A stretch of 64,000 nt of DNA from an uncultured Thermoplasmata archaeon (GTDB lineage Archaea > Thermoplasmatota > Thermoplasmata > UBA10834). The notes beneath the pieces are model-generated. The model searched no databases. It was not told where the DNA came from and was given only the letters and a program-made list of their open reading frames with translations. Of the stretch, positions 28,986-39,275 are shown in pieces. The stretch covers positions 48,529 to 112,528 of the forward strand of contig CAVRDX010000002.1 in the NCBI GenBank assembly GCA_963719945.1, given 5' to 3'. Positions within the stretch are counted from its first letter, which is position 1. Each line of letters starts with the position of its first letter. Made by a program: the position numbers and the translations under genes.

Positions 28986-29992
28986 TTCGAGCCCCCCGTC
29001 AGCGGGAAATGACATGCCACAAAGTGATTTGGCGCGATCTCTCTGAACAAAGGCTCCTCATCTCTGCATCTCTCGGTTGCCTCCCAGCAGCGAGGGTGGA
29101 ACCTGCATCCTGATGGGGGGTCCATCGGGCTCGGGACCTCACCGGTGAGCATCTTGCGTTCCCTCTTTGCATCCGGATCGGCTATGGGCACAGCCGAGAG
29201 CAACGCGAGCGAATATGGATGGGCGGGTGTCACGAACAGCTTCTCGGTCATAGCGAGCTCTACCAGCTTACCAGCGTACATGACGGCAACGCGGTCGCTG
29301 ATGTGGAAGATCACGTTGAGGTTGTGGGTTATGAAGATATAGGTGAGACCGAGGGATCTCTGCAGGTCCATGAGCAGGTTGAGGACCTGCGCCTGAACCG
29401 AGACATCGAGAGCGGAGGTGGGTTCGTCGAGTATCAACATAGTCGGTTTCAGCGCGAGCGCGCGCGCCACGTTGATCCGCTGCCTCTGACCGCCGCTGAA
29501 TTCGTGAGGGAACCTGTTAAGATGTTCCTTCTTCAACCCCACGATCTCCAGGAGTTCGAGGACCTTCTGCGTCAGCTCTTCACCCTTTGCAAGACCATAG
29601 ACAATCAATGGCTCCCCGATGATGTTCTTGATCGTCATGCGTGGATCGAGAGCGCTCAACGGGTCCTGGAACACCATCTGCATGTTTCGTCTGGCCTCCC
29701 TGAGCAGTTTGGGAGAGTAATGGGTCATGTCACCTCCCATGAAGACTACAGTCCCAGAGGTCGGAGGAACCAGTCGCATGACAAGCCTCGCAAGGGTCGA
29801 CTTTCCACATCCAGACTCGCCCACGATACCGAGAGTCTCTCCTCGGTCAACGAAGAATTCGACTCTATCCACCGCTCTAATCTCACCTTTGATGGTCGAG
29901 AACAATCCCCCTCTGATCGGGAAGCTCTTGCTCAGGTCTGTCGCGGAGAGGAGATGCTCTTCGGCATCGAACGATTCATCAGCTCTGGTCAT
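28982..29992 (-). CDS. oppF: Oligopeptide/dipeptide ABC transporter ATP-binding protein (OppF/DppF)
   Basis: GESGCGKS, FSGGQRQR, LDEPTSALD, C-terminal GCRFHPRC..HFVACH. Confidence 0.93.
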   Translation of the reverse strand: MTRADESFDAEEHLLSATDLSKSFPIRGGLFSTIKGEIRAVDRVEFFVDRGETLGIVGESGCGKSTLARLVMRLVPPTSGTVVFMGGDMTHYSPKLLREARRNMQMVFQDPLSALDPRMTIKNIIGEPLIVYGLAKGEELTQKVLELLEIVGLKKEHLNRFPHEFSGGQRQRINVARALALKPTMLILDEPTSALDVSVQAQVLNLLMDLQRSLGLTYIFITHNLNVIFHISDRVAVMYAGKLVELAMTEKLFVTPAHPYSLALLSAVPIADPDAKRERKMLTGEVPSPMDPPSGCRFHPRCWEATERCRDEEPLFREIAPNHFVACHFPLTGGSK

Positions 29993-31530
29993 TCGTGTCT
30001 CACCTCCTGACTGTAAGGAACCGGGTTATGACAAGCCACGAGATGTCCGGGGAGGACCTCGTTCAGCGGCGGCATCTCGCTCCTGCATTTCTCAAGCGCA
30101 CGGTCGCACCTCGGATGGAATCTGCAACCAGGTGGTGGCTTGAGAAGATTCGGGACACTGCCAGGAATTACATAGAGCGGCTTCTTCCGCTCCTGCATAT
30201 GCGATTGACCGATCTTGGGGATCGATTTGAGGAGGGCGCTGGTGTATGGATGCGTCGGGTGCGCGAATATCTCTTTCGTGGCCGATAGTTCCACGATATA
30301 GCCTGCATACATGATGGCCACCCTGTGGCATGTCTCGGCTATCACACCAAGGTCATGGGTTATCAGTAGAATGGAGGTGTTCTTCTTCTTCTGAAGCTCG
30401 CGCATGAGCGCGAGTATCTGTGCCTCCACCGTCACATCCAGTGCGGTCGTAGGCTCGTCCGCGATAAGAAGCTCAGGCTCGCATGACATCATCATAGCTA
30501 TCATTGCCCTCTGACGCATGCCGCCGCTGAGTTCGAAAGGATAACTTCGCACCACCCTCTCAGGCTCCGCGATCTTGACCTCACGCAACGCGCCCTCCGA
30601 ACGCATCGTCTTGGCCATTGCCAAACGCCTCTCGAATCTCCGGGAAACTGGATTGGAACGGACCAGGTATGACCAGGTATTGTTCTGATTCACCTTCATG
30701 GCCTTGTAGTACCTGAGAGCTATTCTGTAAAAGGCCCTGCGCATCGCCGCTGGGAGCCTCGGGGAAAGTCTGGCGCCACAGCCCACGCATGAGTGCCAAT
30801 CAGTCCTCGTAGGGGCTCCGCATAACGAGCAGGCCTCGTATTCCTTCGCCGTCTTGTCCGCAATACCAGTCACACTGCTCGATGCCGTCTTCTGCATCTT
30901 CCTCGTCGCCACCTTGCCAGCCGAGAAAGCCTCCATCTCTCGATCAAGCTGACTCAGAACATCATCCATCAACAGATCTAGCTGGTGAAGCTCGAGTGTC
31001 TCGCCAATCTGATCGCCAATGGTGTATGATGGGTTCAATGCGGTCATCGGCTCCTGGAAGACCATCGACATCCTGGCGCCACGGATCCTGTTCAGTTCGG
31101 TCTTGGATTTCAGGAGGAGATCATACGAGTGCTCGAGAGCGTCCAGGTGGTTGTTGACCTCGGTCCTCTTCGGCCTGTTCTCATCCCCTTTGAGGGAACC
31201 CAACTGCTTCTCGAGCGACTCGATCTCTTTCTTCCTGCCCTCAGCGTCGTTCTCGAATCGTAGGTCATACTCCTTACGAAGAGCGGTGGCTTTCGCAGGC
31301 TCACCTAGGAATATCCTTCCCGCCTCCACATTCCCCGGTGGACTCTGGACCAACCCCATTATGGTGAGCGCTGTGACCGACTTGCCGCATCCTGTCTCCC
31401 CTACGAGACCCATGGTCTCCCCGGTGCGGACTTCCATGTCTATGCCTTCGAGGGCCTTGACGACACCCTCGTATGTGTGGAAGTATGTCTTCAGGCCCTC
31501 GATCCTCAACAACACTTCATCATCGACCAT
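29989..31530 (-). CDS. oppD: Oligopeptide/dipeptide ABC transporter ATP-binding protein (OppD/DppD) with two large insertions
   Basis: GETGCGKS, LSGGMRQR, ADEPTTALD, GCRFHPRC. GGAGGTGA before ATG 31530. Confidence 0.9.
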   Translation of the reverse strand: MVDDEVLLRIEGLKTYFHTYEGVVKALEGIDMEVRTGETMGLVGETGCGKSVTALTIMGLVQSPPGNVEAGRIFLGEPAKATALRKEYDLRFENDAEGRKKEIESLEKQLGSLKGDENRPKRTEVNNHLDALEHSYDLLLKSKTELNRIRGARMSMVFQEPMTALNPSYTIGDQIGETLELHQLDLLMDDVLSQLDREMEAFSAGKVATRKMQKTASSSVTGIADKTAKEYEACSLCGAPTRTDWHSCVGCGARLSPRLPAAMRRAFYRIALRYYKAMKVNQNNTWSYLVRSNPVSRRFERRLAMAKTMRSEGALREVKIAEPERVVRSYPFELSGGMRQRAMIAMMMSCEPELLIADEPTTALDVTVEAQILALMRELQKKKNTSILLITHDLGVIAETCHRVAIMYAGYIVELSATKEIFAHPTHPYTSALLKSIPKIGQSHMQERKKPLYVIPGSVPNLLKPPPGCRFHPRCDRALEKCRSEMPPLNEVLPGHLVACHNPVPYSQEVRHE

Positions 31531-31537
31531 CCAGACA

Positions 31538-32503
31538 TCACCTCCTGAGTTTCGGGTCCAGGATATCTCGTATTCCATCACCGAGAAGGTTGAACCCGAG
31601 TACTGTGAACACAATCGCGAGGCCAGGGAACGTCACGGACCACCAGGCCTGGAATACATATTGCTGGTTCTCTGATATCATCCGCCCCCATTCAGCAGTC
31701 CCCAGGGGCGCACCAAGACCCAGCCAGCCGAGTGCGGCAGCTGCGAGAACGACGTACCCGAAATCGGATGTCGCCTGGACGACGACCGGAGACAGACTGT
31801 TCTTGATCACATGCCGGAACAATATCCTGACGGGACCTGCGCCGACACTCCTCGACGCCTCGACATATTGCTTCTCCCTTATCGATAGCACCTGTCCGAA
31901 GACCAGTCGAGTATACCATGGCCACCACGTGATGATCATGGCATATGTGATATGGGTTATGCTCGGCCCCAATGCGGCGACGATGGCCATGGCGAGAACC
32001 AGGCTAGGTATGCTGAGGAAGATGTCCGTGGTCCGCATGATGATCTCGCCGATCCATCTGCCGACATATCCCGCGATCCCTCCGAGCAACACACCTATGA
32101 AGGCCGCGGGCAGGACCACTAGCACGCCTATGTAGAGAGCCTTAGATGCGCCGTACAAGACCATGCTGTACAGGTCCCTTCCGAGGACATCTGTGCCAAA
32201 GTAGTGGTCGGAACTTGGCTCGAGCAACTGGTCCTCCGTGGACACTGGCCAGAACTCCTGAGTCTTTCCGTCGACGACCTGGTAGTTGGGATGATACGGT
32301 GATATGAACGGTGCGAGAAGGGCGATCACGACCACACCTAGGATGATGATGAGCCCCACCATCGACAGGGTGCTGCGACTGAACAGATAGAGGGAGTACT
32401 TGGTCTCCTTTATCCGAGATTGATGCCTCAGCTTGAAATCCTCTAATCTCTGGCCTGAACCTCTCCTTGGGCCCCGATATAGCTCTGGGTGGTCGGAAGA
32501 CAT
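31538..32503 (-). CDS. oppC: Oligopeptide ABC transporter permease (OppC/DppC)
   Basis: HYFGTDVLGRDL, YVEASRSVGA..ILFRH, GFNLLGDGIRDILDP. Confidence 0.94.
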   Translation of the reverse strand: MSSDHPELYRGPRRGSGQRLEDFKLRHQSRIKETKYSLYLFSRSTLSMVGLIIILGVVVIALLAPFISPYHPNYQVVDGKTQEFWPVSTEDQLLEPSSDHYFGTDVLGRDLYSMVLYGASKALYIGVLVVLPAAFIGVLLGGIAGYVGRWIGEIIMRTTDIFLSIPSLVLAMAIVAALGPSITHITYAMIITWWPWYTRLVFGQVLSIREKQYVEASRSVGAGPVRILFRHVIKNSLSPVVVQATSDFGYVVLAAAALGWLGLGAPLGTAEWGRMISENQQYVFQAWWSVTFPGLAIVFTVLGFNLLGDGIRDILDPKLRR

Positions 32504-32509
32504 CGATCT

Positions 32510-33529
32510 TCAGCCTCCTAGGCGCACCTGGGGGTCCAGGTACGCGTACATCACATCGACTATCAGATTGGCTATCAGGAACGCGATGGTTATCACTATG
32601 GTGAACCCTAGTATCCCGGCGAAGTCCAACTGTTCGGTTGCAGTGACTGCGAAGTTGCCTATCCCGGGCCAGCCGAATATGCGTTCGACGAACACCGTGT
32701 AGCTCAGAGCCCCGCCTATTGTCAACCCAGATATCGTCAACGTGGGGCCCATCGCATTCTTGAGCGCATGCTTGTAGATCACGCTCCTTTCAGGCACGCC
32801 CTTCGCCCTTGCCGAACGGACGAATTCGGAGGACATCACCTCCAGCATGCTGGACCTCATCATCCTCAGGATGTAGCCTATGATTGAGAAGCCGAGCGCG
32901 AAAGCGGGCAGGGCGATGTAATATGCGCTGTAGAAGAACGCTCTCATATCGAACGTCAGGACACTGTCGAGCAAGAACAGTCCGGTGATCGAATCAGGAG
33001 GAGCGATATTGTTAGGGAACCTGCCGCTGAGCGGGAACAGCTGCACCTTGGAGACGAGAACGATCTGCAAGACGAGTGCCAAGAAGAATCCGGGGACCGA
33101 AATGCCGACGAGCGCGACGAACCTGGCGACAGCATCCGCCAATGTGTTCCTCCTGGTGGCGGAGAGTATCCCCAGGTAGATGCCGGTCGGGATGGCGATG
33201 AGGGACGCGACCAGGACCAGCTCGATCGTCGCAGGCAACTGTTCGATTATGATATCGGATACGGGACGCTTATACACAAACGAATCGCCGAGGTCGCCTT
33301 GGAAGACCCCTGTGACGTAGTAATAGAACTGATCGAGCAACGGGTCGTTGAGATGATACCGCTCCTCGATCGCCGCCCTGAGTATAGGGTCGTTCGCCCT
33401 CTTCCCGAGGTATACCCCGACTGGGTCGCCAGGCACAAGATGCGATATGATGAAAGAAAAGGCGAGGACTCCGACGAGTATGGGAATCATGAACAGAATA
33501 CGCCTGACGATGTACTCCCACATCTTCAC
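32510..33529 (-). CDS. oppB: Oligopeptide ABC transporter permease (OppB/DppB)
   Basis: YIVRRI, PGDP, GDLGDS, RSARAKG..HALKNA, DVMYAYLDP. Confidence 0.94.
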   Translation of the reverse strand: MKMWEYIVRRILFMIPILVGVLAFSFIISHLVPGDPVGVYLGKRANDPILRAAIEERYHLNDPLLDQFYYYVTGVFQGDLGDSFVYKRPVSDIIIEQLPATIELVLVASLIAIPTGIYLGILSATRRNTLADAVARFVALVGISVPGFFLALVLQIVLVSKVQLFPLSGRFPNNIAPPDSITGLFLLDSVLTFDMRAFFYSAYYIALPAFALGFSIIGYILRMMRSSMLEVMSSEFVRSARAKGVPERSVIYKHALKNAMGPTLTISGLTIGGALSYTVFVERIFGWPGIGNFAVTATEQLDFAGILGFTIVITIAFLIANLIVDVMYAYLDPQVRLGG

Positions 33530-33649
33530 CGCTGCTCACCTCCGCTCGGACCACTATTGTCCGACATCGAACCCTGGCATCTCAGATGACCGTCGAATAT
33601 TATAAGAAAGATGGAAGAAAGGGTTTACTGTCGTGGTACTTCAGATTCG

Positions 33650-35314
33650 CTAGCTGAGCGAATACCAGTAGAAGTTGTACCAAGTGACTGCATTGAACAT
33701 GAAGCCATCCAGGTTGGACCTGTAGAAGCAGACATAATTCGTCTGTCCCACAAAGATCATGTTCGGCTCCTCGTTCAGGCCTTCCCACACGGTCTTGTAA
33801 AGGTCGGCTCTCAGGTCGGGATCGTTCTCCTCCTGGGCTGCCAGTGCCGCGTCATCGATCGTCGAGTTCACTATGCCCGTGAGGAAGTAGTCTCCTCCGG
33901 CATCCGCAGACACCGCAATAGGCAGAACATAGTCGTCAGGGTCGAGGTAGTCGATGACCCAACCGGTCATGTACATGTCCCAGTTGTCAGTCTTCCTGGT
34001 ATCTTCCAGCACGGAGCTGGTCACCTGTGATAACTCCACCGTTATGCCGAGCTTCTGAAGGTTGGTCTTATAGAGGCTTGCAGTCTGTATCCTCTCGGTA
34101 TCGCCTGAGTCGACATAGATCGCGAGAGCGACTCCGTCGAACCTCCTATCCTGCGAGTCGAGGGTGTAGCCCGATTCGTTCAGGAGTTCCGACGCCATGG
34201 CCAAGTCGAATGTGAATGCCTTGGATGGCTGCGCCACAGATTCGAGTGGCATGCCGTTCGGTATCGGTCCCTGCACCGGATCCATGTATCCCGCATAGTA
34301 GCTCTCTGAGGTATTCAAATAGTCGAACGCCCACGACAATGCCTGTCTGACTTTGGGCACAGTCATGAATTCGTGGCCGGACTTCTCAGAGTCAACGTTC
34401 ATCGCGATCATCTCAAGCTGGAATGTCGCCACTGGGTCCACGATGATGTCCGAGTTGTCCTCTACATCAGGCATGTTGCCGAAAGGTATCTCGGCGATGG
34501 TCGCATCTCCCGATATCAGCGCCTGCACCCTGGTCGATGCTTCCGCGATCTCCTTGATTATGACCTTATCAGCATGCTCGCCGTCCCAACCGCGCCAATA
34601 GTTATCATTCTGCACCAACACAGTCTCCACATTCGGAGTCCATTTGTCAAGCTTGTACGGACCAGTTCCCATCGGGTTCGACTTCATGAAGTCGTGTGCG
34701 TAAGGATCGGAGTCAGTGTAGTGAGCCTCCGTGTATTCCTTGTCCATGATTCCCAGAGGGAACGGCTGAGCGATCGTCGCGAGGAATCCCGCGTACGCGA
34801 AGGTCAACTCAAAGTTCACGTGGAAATCATCCACCACGGTCACACTCTCAAGCCCGACGTCCTGACTCAATATCCATGCGACACCAGTGTCAGGAGAATC
34901 CATCTCGAGGACCCTCATGACGCTGAATTCCACGTCTTCCGCTGTGAAGCTGTTGCCGTTCGAGAACAACACATCCTCTCTTAGCGTGAAGTTGTACCAA
35001 TATCCGCTTGGTGACACCGTCCAAGAAGATGCTAACACCCCCACATAACTGCTCAGACCTTCTCCCGGATAGCCAATCAGAGTGTCATAGATATTCTGTA
35101 TCGGTATGAACGACATCGTATCGTATGCATCCATAGGATCAAGAGACAGCACATTCGTGGCCGCGTAGAATGCGATTGTCTTCTCGTCGCCTCCACCCAT
35201 CGCAAAAATATAGTAGGCGAGCCCGGCGACGACCAGTATCACCGCTATGACAATCGCAATCAAAACACCTTTAGGCTTCCTTGCATCTGCTGGCTTCTTC
35301 CTCTCTTCTCCCAT
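33650..35314 (-). CDS. oppA: Oligopeptide ABC transporter substrate-binding protein (family 5), N-terminally anchored
   Basis: N-terminal TM, SLDP, YDTLI, LREDVLFSNG..FTAEDV, PMGTGPYKL, VRQALSWAFD. Confidence 0.9.
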   Translation of the reverse strand: MGEERKKPADARKPKGVLIAIVIAVILVVAGLAYYIFAMGGGDEKTIAFYAATNVLSLDPMDAYDTMSFIPIQNIYDTLIGYPGEGLSSYVGVLASSWTVSPSGYWYNFTLREDVLFSNGNSFTAEDVEFSVMRVLEMDSPDTGVAWILSQDVGLESVTVVDDFHVNFELTFAYAGFLATIAQPFPLGIMDKEYTEAHYTDSDPYAHDFMKSNPMGTGPYKLDKWTPNVETVLVQNDNYWRGWDGEHADKVIIKEIAEASTRVQALISGDATIAEIPFGNMPDVEDNSDIIVDPVATFQLEMIAMNVDSEKSGHEFMTVPKVRQALSWAFDYLNTSESYYAGYMDPVQGPIPNGMPLESVAQPSKAFTFDLAMASELLNESGYTLDSQDRRFDGVALAIYVDSGDTERIQTASLYKTNLQKLGITVELSQVTSSVLEDTRKTDNWDMYMTGWVIDYLDPDDYVLPIAVSADAGGDYFLTGIVNSTIDDAALAAQEENDPDLRADLYKTVWEGLNEEPNMIFVGQTNYVCFYRSNLDGFMFNAVTWYNFYWYSLS

Positions 35315-35408
35315 AATCTTCCCCCCAGACAAATAATGGGTCATGCCCCATGTTGTGAGGCATGCCCAAGTATCGCAGTGCCTGCACTAATAGCTGTCGC
35401 ATTGATCG

Positions 35409-35417
35409 TTTATAAAG
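35409..35417 (-). promoter_or_regulatory. TATA box of opp operon
   Basis: CTTTATAAA on minus strand about 95 nt upstream of oppA start. Confidence 0.55.
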
Positions 35418-35594
35418 CCTGAATTCCAGCAGATTCACCGCCAGTATCAGACCGTCATTGGAGACATGCGGGATAGCTGTTAAAGATAATAGGCAACGCC
35501 TGGGAAGCGGACCACACCTGACTACAATCAGATTTCGACAGCAGAACCCTTCGTGCGAGCATTTTGCTGAGCGGATGATACTGAATCTTCCTGA

Positions 35595-36527
35595 CTAGTC
35601 GCAATCTGACCCCCGCACAATATGCACCTTGTCCCGAACAAGATAGTACAGCCCCATGAACGCCAGTAATCCTAGAATCGGAAATATCGCTATGGCAGGA
35701 CCCATCGATTCGATCGATGAATCGCCGTCGGCTATCTGTACCGCGACCATCGCATTCACAGCCGCTGCCATCGTGATGAAGAAACCGAAGAACAACAGGG
35801 TCAGATGGTAGGCCTTTTTCGGCTTTGTCATCAAGAGATACAACGCCAAATAACCGACCGGGACACTTATGCCGAGGTCAAGATATCTGATCATCCAGAA
35901 CAACGTCGGTGCATCAGAATAGGATCCATCCTCAAGGTCGCCCTTGTCGCTGACCTGGACGACCTGCGCAATCCACATGATAGCGAATATCGATAGGAAC
36001 ACCGATATGAGGATGACGAATCTCCGCAGGCTCTTTCTGTTGAAGTCAGGAGCGTCCGACTCAGTGAACATTGACAGGCTCCCAATCAGAAGTATGAGAC
36101 CGCCTACTACAAGCGCGAGATACAGCCAGAAGTAATCCTCGACATTCCCCGAATATGAAGGATCGCTCCACTCCTGACCGATGCCGATCGAAAGGCCAGT
36201 GTACATCAGAGTGATCGGCGTCAGGATGAGAAAGTATTTTGAGCTGTCACGTCGGAGGAGCTGCAGTATGCCACCGATGAACAATATTGGCGCGATCAGC
36301 AGGAGATCGGCAATATCCTGCCCTTTCAGTTGCGATAAGCCAGAATCCGAAGTCCTGTACTCTATCACTCCGAGCCCGAGAGGACCTAGAACGGCAATGA
36401 GGACAAGGACGACACCGCACAACAATGCTGCGATCCCGACCACGTTGTCTGGAATCAGCGGACCAGCTTCATTTTCGGATTCTCGGTTCTCCGATGTGAC
36501 CATCGTACTGGAAACCATGACCATCAC
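35595..36527 (-). CDS. Integral membrane hypothetical protein (about 8 TM)
   Basis: Multiple hydrophobic helices, GQD and YLDLG motifs. Confidence 0.75.
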   Translation of the reverse strand: MMVMVSSTMVTSENRESENEAGPLIPDNVVGIAALLCGVVLVLIAVLGPLGLGVIEYRTSDSGLSQLKGQDIADLLLIAPILFIGGILQLLRRDSSKYFLILTPITLMYTGLSIGIGQEWSDPSYSGNVEDYFWLYLALVVGGLILLIGSLSMFTESDAPDFNRKSLRRFVILISVFLSIFAIMWIAQVVQVSDKGDLEDGSYSDAPTLFWMIRYLDLGISVPVGYLALYLLMTKPKKAYHLTLLFFGFFITMAAAVNAMVAVQIADGDSSIESMGPAIAIFPILGLLAFMGLYYLVRDKVHIVRGSDCD

Positions 36528-36728
36528 CTCTTTGTCAACGAATCAACCATTGGTTCGAATCGCGCTCCGATCCCGAACATCGTAAGGTCTGCAGATATGT
36601 TTAACCCCCCTACCCGTAGGGCTTACTCTCCGCATTTAGCGCACTCGATACGCTCTTCGTTTCGATACTTGCCAGGACCCATATGTCGGAAATATGATGA
36701 TCTGAAAGGGTTTCAACGGGTGCGTGAC

Positions 36729-37913
36729 TCATTCATTGTAGAGTTCAAGGAACTCGTCCCATTGGGTCTCCTCTGTGAACCATAGGTTATCGACGTACCA
36801 GGAGCCAAATGAATCCCATGTGCCCGCCCAGCTCCACCAGATGGATATGCCGCGAGTATCGCGCGCCACCGAACCTGTCGATATTGCCTTCACAGCATAT
36901 TCGAGAGCGTCTTTCAGTAGCAGCGTGGAATCGGCCAACGCTGTCCTCTCAGGGCTCGCGGGATATCTGCCGAGTTCCTCGTACAGGAGCTGCGCGATGT
37001 CCAAGAGATCTGCCTGACAGACTGAGCCGCTGATGGTGTAGGCGTGCTTCACGGCACGGTTGTATGCTTTGCTGAACAGATCGAACCCATTGGCGAGGTC
37101 AGATGTCCATTTGGCAAACTCGTCGAGGGCATCCCTGTACAGCCTAAGGTCAGTAGCAACGAAATTGACCCTTTGGGAGGGCCCATAATATGCTTCCCAT
37201 CCAAGCACCATGTCACCAGCAAGCTGCAGCGGAGTCCTCGATGGATCCTGAATCACTGGGCCGAACTGGAGATCGTACGGAAGACCGTTCCCGGGAACTA
37301 GCTCCTCGGAAGCGGCCATGTAGTCCACATATCCTGAGTAGCTGATCTCGTACATGCGTTCCATGCTGGACATCGAGCATGCATCGAAACCGAGCACATC
37401 TATATGGATATCCGCTTCGCGGACAGCTCTGTCAAAGTCAGGTCCGTACATTCTCGAACCATCCGTCTCGTCGACGCTGAACCCTTTCCAGGCACTACCA
37501 TGGTCCCACATGACCAGACAGTAGTTCTCGCACGGATATGTGGAATATGACCACTTTATGAAATCTCTCAGAGTATCGGAACTCCCGAAGTCCAGCTCTA
37601 TATCGGAATATTCCGTGGTCGTAGCCTCACCCGAGTATTCGACTATCTCATATCCGGTCGTGCTGAGCCGGTCCACCCAAGCCACCACGTTCACCAAAGG
37701 ATTGTCCGGCAGGTTCCACAGCATCGGCACGGAGAACGTGTCCCAACACGCCTCGAGATTGTTATCCGCGCAGATGTACAGAGCGATCGTCCATGGGTCG
37801 GGTTCATCCGGATCAGCGGCTGACAGGCCCGAGAAACCAGGGACCGCCATCGCCAAGGCAGCCAAGATCACAGCGCATTTGCTGACACACTTCATCTTCC
37901 TCGATATCGACAA
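36729..37913 (-). CDS. Secreted clostripain-family (C11) cysteine peptidase
   Basis: WTIALYICADNNLE, WDHGS, FDACSMS, ASEELVPGNG.PY. Start estimated. Confidence 0.92.
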   Translation of the reverse strand: MSISRKMKCVSKCAVILAALAMAVPGFSGLSAADPDEPDPWTIALYICADNNLEACWDTFSVPMLWNLPDNPLVNVVAWVDRLSTTGYEIVEYSGEATTTEYSDIELDFGSSDTLRDFIKWSYSTYPCENYCLVMWDHGSAWKGFSVDETDGSRMYGPDFDRAVREADIHIDVLGFDACSMSSMERMYEISYSGYVDYMAASEELVPGNGLPYDLQFGPVIQDPSRTPLQLAGDMVLGWEAYYGPSQRVNFVATDLRLYRDALDEFAKWTSDLANGFDLFSKAYNRAVKHAYTISGSVCQADLLDIAQLLYEELGRYPASPERTALADSTLLLKDALEYAVKAISTGSVARDTRGISIWWSWAGTWDSFGSWYVDNLWFTEETQWDEFLELYNE

Positions 37914-38028
37914 GTCTATTTCCCCCCACTGACCCATGAATCGACCCGACGCTATTTGAATGATTCCAAGGAAAGGGCTGGATGGGAAACTCAATTAGGG
38001 AATGATCGACATTCCAGGCTCGAAGACC

Positions 38029-39216
38029 ATGAAATATTCGACTGGAACCCCTATGATACTCATGGTCGCGATGGTCATCATACTCGCATTCCCTTCGACA
38101 GATGCATGGAGCAACGGAGGGTATTCGGCGGACCAGAACGACCCCGACTACGGAACCCATGACTGGATCGCTGATGAAGCTCTCGCGATGCAGGTCGAGG
38201 ATGTCTCCTTTCTGAAGTCAGCCTATCACTCCCAGTTCCTCCTTGGAACTGAGGCACCGGACAATCCGGAGTACATCGGGGATTCGACGAACCATCACAT
38301 ATACTTCTATTCGGACGGCGAGTTGCAGGACGATATCTGCGCCAGAAGGGCTGCGGAGTTATACGATGCTGCCCTCGAATACCTGCTCGATGGCGATTAT
38401 AGCAGCGCAGCATACGACATCGGAGTCATGGTCCACTATATTGCAGACCCAGGCGTGTTCGGTCACACCATGGGAACCTACACGGATTGGGGAGCGGAGA
38501 TACATCATTCGGATTACGAGAACGCATTTGAGTCGATGCTTGATTCGATACCTTCACCATCTGGAATTGAGCTGAAGAACATGAGCGCCTATGATGCAGC
38601 ATTGAGCCTTGGAGAGACTATCACCTTTGGTGATGGTCCAATCAAGACCAACATATGGATGGATGCCAACTATGATTGGGAGGATGATGTGTTCGCATCG
38701 AGCGCGATGAGTTCGCTCTATTGTGCGGTCGAAGCAGTTGCCGCTGCAGTGAGCCATCTCATGACAGAGGCATTCTCAATCCCACCTGTTCCCGAATCTC
38801 CAGTCATACCTGTTCCTGAATCGCCGATCCCACCTCAGCCGCCGGCATCACTCACTGCAACATTCCTCGAATCATCGGTATCGCTATCATGGACGCCGCC
38901 CGCGAATGATGGGGGATCGAGCATAATCAAGTACTCGATCTACAGATCGACCGATCCTCAGAACCCGACTTACATCGATTTCGTCGTGGGATCTGTATTG
39001 ATCTGGGCCGACGATTCTGTGCTTGATGGAGAGGTCTATTTCTATTGGGTCGTCGCGGAGAACATCGCAGGTGTGAGCGACATGACCCGCATCACATCCA
39101 TCAGCATCCCGACAGAGCAGGATGATTCTCTTGCAGCAATAGCAGTCGTTTCGGCTGTGGCGGCAATCTTCACATCAGGCGGCCTGATCCTATGGCGAAG
39201 AAGATCCCATGGTTGA
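38029..39216 (+). CDS. Zinc-dependent phospholipase C/P1-nuclease fold protein with FN3 domain and C-terminal TM anchor
   Basis: Mature N-terminus WSNGG..YGTHDWIA, LGTEAPD, HYIAD..GHT, HSDYE; FN3 LSWTPP.NDGGS.I..Y.IYR; TM plus RRR. Confidence 0.82.
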   Translation: MKYSTGTPMILMVAMVIILAFPSTDAWSNGGYSADQNDPDYGTHDWIADEALAMQVEDVSFLKSAYHSQFLLGTEAPDNPEYIGDSTNHHIYFYSDGELQDDICARRAAELYDAALEYLLDGDYSSAAYDIGVMVHYIADPGVFGHTMGTYTDWGAEIHHSDYENAFESMLDSIPSPSGIELKNMSAYDAALSLGETITFGDGPIKTNIWMDANYDWEDDVFASSAMSSLYCAVEAVAAAVSHLMTEAFSIPPVPESPVIPVPESPIPPQPPASLTATFLESSVSLSWTPPANDGGSSIIKYSIYRSTDPQNPTYIDFVVGSVLIWADDSVLDGEVYFYWVVAENIAGVSDMTRITSISIPTEQDDSLAAIAVVSAVAAIFTSGGLILWRRRSHG

Positions 39217-39275
39217 TCACCTTCATCCAGAATCATCAGGTTTGATCCGATCGTTCATGAAGGAAACTGTATTAT

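Noticed and set aside
30610-31300. OppD insertions as inteins
   Set aside because: No C/S...HN-[CST] splice junctions or LAGLIDADG motifs.
38784-38830. Short tandem duplication encoding PVPESPVI/PVPESPI
   Set aside because: Ordinary Pro-rich linker.
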